DNA of 64,000 nt from Desulfobacterales bacterium (GTDB lineage: Bacteria > Desulfobacterota > Desulfobacteria > Desulfobacterales > UBA5852). The stretch lies in NCBI GenBank assembly GCA_963674755.2, contig CAXXVS010000001.1, positions 224,001 through 288,000 of the forward strand, given 5' to 3'. The position numbers and the translations under genes were made by a program. This document shows, in pieces, positions 60,173 to 64,000 of the stretch (positions are counted from its first letter, which is position 1; each line of letters begins with the position of its first letter). The notes under the pieces are model-generated. The model ran no database searches, was not told the DNA's origin, and saw only the letters and a program-made list of their open reading frames with translations.

Positions 60173-61363
60173 ATGAAGACATCGGCCATCAGGAAAGTGT
60201 TTCTGGTACTTGTGGCGGTGGGCCTCGTCACCTTTGTGGGGCAGTTGTTCACGCGACACCCCGAGCGCGCCTGGCAGGCCTATCTCATCAACTTCCTGGT
60301 GTGGTCGGCCATTGCCCAGGGGGGACTTTTGTACTCCACCATCATGCACACCACCCGCGCCAAATGGAGCGGCCCCCTGTCCAATCTGTCCGAAGCCTTT
60401 ACGGCCTTTTTCCCCTTTTCCGTCCTGCTGTTCCTGGGCCTCTTTCTGGGACGGGAATATGTTTTTCCCTGGCTCCACCAGGATTTGCACGGCAAGGAGG
60501 TTTGGCTCAATCTGCGTTTTCTTTTTTCCCGCGACCTGATCGGGCTTTTGGTGCTCTATGGACTGGGACTGGCATACACCTACCAGGCCCTGCGGCTGAA
60601 ACTGACGGTTGAGACCCCCGAAGGCGGTCGCCTGCGCGCTTTTATGGTGCGCCGCTGGCAGGGGCGGGAAGGCAATCGGCAGCGCTATGAGGGCCGCAAG
60701 AATGTTTTGAGCATTCTTTACATGCTGGCGTTTGCGCTGGTGCTCTCGCTGATCGGGTATGATCTGGTGATGGCGGCCGATCCCCACTGGTATTCGACCC
60801 TTTTCGGTGCCTATTCGTTTGCCAAAGCCATCTACATGGGGCTGGGCGCCCTCATCATTCTGGCGGCGGTCCTGCAGCTGCGCCCCGGCAACGGGTTTGC
60901 TATCCCGGCCAGCCATTTTCACGATATCGGCAAACTCTTTTTCGCTTTTTGCCTGGTATGGGCCGACTTTTTCTACGCCCAGCTGGTGGTGATCTGGTAC
61001 GGCAACATCTCCGAGGAAACGGCCTACGTCATCGAACGCGTCATGGCGGCCCCCTGGAAAGGGCTGGCCTGGGTGGTGTTCGCGGTCTGTTTTATCGTGC
61101 CGTTTCTGGTGCTGCTCAATAAAAAGGTCAAAACCCTGCCGCGGTTCATGATGATCTTCTGCGGCGTCATCATGGCCGGCATGTGGCTCGAACACCTCCT
61201 GCTGCTGGGACCGGCTTTGAGCCATGAGGCCACCACCATCCCCCTGGGGATCACCGACGTTCTCATTACGACAGGATTCTTCGGGCTTATGGCTTTTGCG
61301 GTTTCCGGTTACCTGAAACAATTCCCCGAGCTCGTGCGCCTGGATGCCAAGGAGGTGGGCTGA
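60173..61363 (+). CDS. actF: ActF (NrfD-like membrane paralog)
   Basis: DPHWYSTLFG, HDIGKLFFAF, QLVVIWYGNISEE. Confidence 0.85.
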   Translation: MKTSAIRKVFLVLVAVGLVTFVGQLFTRHPERAWQAYLINFLVWSAIAQGGLLYSTIMHTTRAKWSGPLSNLSEAFTAFFPFSVLLFLGLFLGREYVFPWLHQDLHGKEVWLNLRFLFSRDLIGLLVLYGLGLAYTYQALRLKLTVETPEGGRLRAFMVRRWQGREGNRQRYEGRKNVLSILYMLAFALVLSLIGYDLVMAADPHWYSTLFGAYSFAKAIYMGLGALIILAAVLQLRPGNGFAIPASHFHDIGKLFFAFCLVWADFFYAQLVVIWYGNISEETAYVIERVMAAPWKGLAWVVFAVCFIVPFLVLLNKKVKTLPRFMMIFCGVIMAGMWLEHLLLLGPALSHEATTIPLGITDVLITTGFFGLMAFAVSGYLKQFPELVRLDAKEVG

Positions 61364-61914
61364 TGGACCCTCTCGCCGCCCTGCAAAACACGCTGCAGCG
61401 CCTGCGCGCCAACCGGGTGCCGATCCTTTGCACCCTGATCGCCGCCGTACTGGTGGCGGGGTTCCTCGTGTTGTTTTACATACCGCCCCAGAGCATGATC
61501 GGTCCGGCCCAGCCGATTCCCTTCAGCCATCGGCTGCACGCCGGCCACAAGGCGATTCAATGCCAGTTTTGCCATCCCTATGTAGGCCGCTCCCTCAACC
61601 CCGGGCTGCCGCCGGTGGAAAAATGCCTTTACTGCCACAACTACATCATCACCAACCACTGGTGGATTCAAAAAGAGCACCACTATTTCAACACCGGAAC
61701 CCCCACCCCCTGGGTCAAGGCCAATTTTTTGCCCGAGCACGTGCTGTTCAATCATCAGCGGCACATCCGGTTCGGGATCGAATGCCAATCCTGCCACGAT
61801 CAGGTGCAAACCCAGGATCGCATCAAGGGCAAGCAATTCAAGATGGGCTTCTGCATCAATTGTCACCGGCAGAAAAAGGTCAACCTGGGCTGCTGGCTGG
61901 CCTGCCACAGCTGA
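61363..61914 (+). CDS. actA: ActA-like membrane-anchored pentaheme cytochrome c
   Basis: QPIPFSHRLHAG; CQFCH, CLYCH, CQSCH, CINCH, CWLACH. Confidence 0.85.
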   Translation: MDPLAALQNTLQRLRANRVPILCTLIAAVLVAGFLVLFYIPPQSMIGPAQPIPFSHRLHAGHKAIQCQFCHPYVGRSLNPGLPPVEKCLYCHNYIITNHWWIQKEHHYFNTGTPTPWVKANFLPEHVLFNHQRHIRFGIECQSCHDQVQTQDRIKGKQFKMGFCINCHRQKKVNLGCWLACHS

Positions 61915-61941
61915 GCATCGGAATGGAAACGGGCGGTTTGA

Positions 61942-63339
61942 GTGGACATGACAAGGAGATCCGCTTTGGCAACCAATACAACAAGCGCGGCGCCTAACTA
62001 TCTCACAGCCAAGGGGTTCTGCCTGACATCGGCCCTATGGATGACGGTGGCCACCTTTGCCGGCCTGCTGGGCGCCACCGAACTGATCGCGCCGGATTTG
62101 ACCCAGAACATCGGTTGGCTCGTCTTCGGGCGCGTACGCCCGATCCACGTCAACCTGGTGTTGTTCGGCTTTGTCACCCCAGGGCTGCTGGCGGCGGCGT
62201 TCTACTATCTGCCGCGCATCCTGCGCACCGAATTGTTCAGCGAAATGCTGGGCGTGGTCACGGTGGTGCTCTGGAATCTGACCTTGGTCGCCGCGGTGGC
62301 CACCCTGGCCAGCGGATACTCCCAGGGCCGGGAATACGCTGAAATGGTCTGGCCGGTGGACATGGGGGTGGTGCTGGTGTTCAGTCTGGTGCTGGTCAAT
62401 TTCGTCATGACGGTGGTCCGCCGCAAGGAGCCCGTTCTCTATGTGTCGGTGTGGTATGCCTGTGCCGCCGTGATTTTGACGGCGACCACCTTCAGCCTGG
62501 GCAACGTCATCTGGCACCCCGATACCGGGGCGCTGGTGGGGATCCCGGACGCCATTCTGCTGTGGTTTTACGGCCACAATGTCTTCGGATTGCTGCTGAC
62601 GCCCCTGGCCGCCGGGGTGGCTTACTATGTCATTCCCCGGGCCTGCAAGACGCCCCTTTACAGCCATACCCTTTCCCTGCTGGGATTCTGGTCGCTGATC
62701 GTGGTCTACACCCATATCGGCACCCACCACCTGCTACAGGTACCGGTCCCCACCTGGCTCAAGGTCATTTCCATCGTGGACAGCATCGCCATGGTCATCC
62801 CCGTGATGGCCTTCCTGATCAACATCTGGTACACGGCCAAGGGGAAATTGGGCGAAATCCACAACGACGTGGGGGCCAAGTTCGTTTTTACCGGCACGAT
62901 CATGTATTTCTTCGTGAGCATGCAGGGCTCGATCATGGCCCTGCCCCAGGTGCAGCGCATCACCCATTTCAACAACTGGGTGGTGGCCCATGCCCACGTG
63001 GGCGTGCTGGGGTTTGCCGGCATGATCGCCCTGGGGGGCCTCTACTACATTCTGCCCCGCATCACCAACAAGCCGCTCTTCAGCCGTTTTTTGGCGGACT
63101 TTCAGTATTGGATGGTGCTGATCGGCGTGGTGGGATTTACCATCGTGCTGACCATCGCGGGGCTGATCCAGGGCAACGCCTGGTATAACGGCGAAACCGT
63201 CTACCGGGTCCTGGCCGAAATCCATATGTACTATATCGTCCGGGCCTCGCTGGGCCTCATGATTTTTAGTTCGGCCATTCTGGGCCTCTACAACATCGTC
63301 CGAACCCTGTATTTCAATCCGGGAGAGAAGTTGTCATGA
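61942..63339 (+). CDS. ccoN: cbb3-type (C-family) heme-copper oxidase subunit I
   Basis: RPIHVN, REYAE, WFYGHN, YTHIGTHH, AHAH. Confidence 0.88.
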   Translation: MDMTRRSALATNTTSAAPNYLTAKGFCLTSALWMTVATFAGLLGATELIAPDLTQNIGWLVFGRVRPIHVNLVLFGFVTPGLLAAAFYYLPRILRTELFSEMLGVVTVVLWNLTLVAAVATLASGYSQGREYAEMVWPVDMGVVLVFSLVLVNFVMTVVRRKEPVLYVSVWYACAAVILTATTFSLGNVIWHPDTGALVGIPDAILLWFYGHNVFGLLLTPLAAGVAYYVIPRACKTPLYSHTLSLLGFWSLIVVYTHIGTHHLLQVPVPTWLKVISIVDSIAMVIPVMAFLINIWYTAKGKLGEIHNDVGAKFVFTGTIMYFFVSMQGSIMALPQVQRITHFNNWVVAHAHVGVLGFAGMIALGGLYYILPRITNKPLFSRFLADFQYWMVLIGVVGFTIVLTIAGLIQGNAWYNGETVYRVLAEIHMYYIVRASLGLMIFSSAILGLYNIVRTLYFNPGEKLS

Positions 63340-64000
63340 AGATGACGCCCGCCGCGATTCTGATCGGCAGCCTGCTCATATTGGGGACCATCGTGTTCAT
63401 GGTCGTTTATATGCCCTATGCGACTTACGATGACACCCCTTCGGATATTTTCCGTGCACGCACGGCCCAGGAAGCCGCCGGACGCAAGCTTTACATCGCC
63501 AACGGCTGCGTCTACTGCCACAGCCAATCCATCCGGAGCATCGACTGGGGGTTGGGGGCGGAACGGATCGCCCAGGCCGGCGACTATGTCCAGGACCAGC
63601 CCATCCTCCTGGGCTCCCAGCGCACCGGGGTCGATCTGTCCCAGGAAGGCGGCGAGCACCCCGATGACTGGCATGCGGCCCATTTCATGAATCCGCGCTA
63701 TACCCGGCCTTTGTCCATCATGCCGGCCTTTGGGTTCCTGGCCGCGGCCGACATGCTGATCCTGACCAACTATGTCCAAAGCCTGGGACTCAAAGAGGCT
63801 GACCGGCGCGTCGCGCGGCAGAATTTCTGGAAGAAAAAGGCCATCGCCGCCTATGAAAAGGGGGTGCTGGCCAACGCCCGTTGGCTCAACGTGGAGATTG
63901 TCCCGGAAGGCTGGCAAAAGGTCGTCAATCCCTATCCCACGACGCCGGCCGGATTGGCGCGGGGGCGCAAGATCTACCAGGATTTCTGCATCGGCTGCCA
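63336..64000 (+). CDS. ccoO: cbb3 oxidase subunit II (CcoO) fused to a further cytochrome c domain; truncated by window end, absent from ORF track
   Basis: ATG overlaps ccoN stop (ATGA); NGCVYCHSQSIR, LGSQRTGVDL, SIMP; then GRKIYQDFCIGC(H). Confidence 0.85.
   Translation, partial: MKMTPAAILIGSLLILGTIVFMVVYMPYATYDDTPSDIFRARTAQEAAGRKLYIANGCVYCHSQSIRSIDWGLGAERIAQAGDYVQDQPILLGSQRTGVDLSQEGGEHPDDWHAAHFMNPRYTRPLSIMPAFGFLAAADMLILTNYVQSLGLKEADRRVARQNFWKKKAIAAYEKGVLANARWLNVEIVPEGWQKVVNPYPTTPAGLARGRKIYQDFCIGC

Overview
GC-rich bacterial chromosomal segment, probably from a Desulfobacterota (Desulfobacterales-like) organism. The taxon is inferred from gene families and riboswitch style, not proven. Left part (1-19.6 kb): housekeeping and envelope genes, a divergent cytochrome bd locus (cydDC / cydAB plus a cydX missed by the ORF track), and a CHASE2-Ser/Thr kinase + FHA operon behind a c-di-GMP-I (GEMM) riboswitch with a terminator. 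Middle (about 19.6-27.8 kb): a visibly more AT-rich accessory patch with NYN, MarR/DUF6125, a PAS hybrid kinase, a second GEMM riboswitch and several gene remnants. Then come small conserved genes, coaE and a large protein with an atypical class III nucleotidyl-cyclase domain. Right part (38.9-64 kb): an aerobic-type energy cluster with lplA, fumC, sucAB-lpd, pdhABC-lpd, a rearranged alternative complex III (actB-C-D-F-A) and cbb3-type oxidase genes (ccoN, ccoO-cytochrome c fusion, cut by the window end). Non-coding highlights: two diverged copies of a structured MITE-like repeat with compensatory base changes, two CACGAAG inverted repeats and a duplicated MarR operator. No rRNA, tRNA, CRISPR array or intact transposase was seen.
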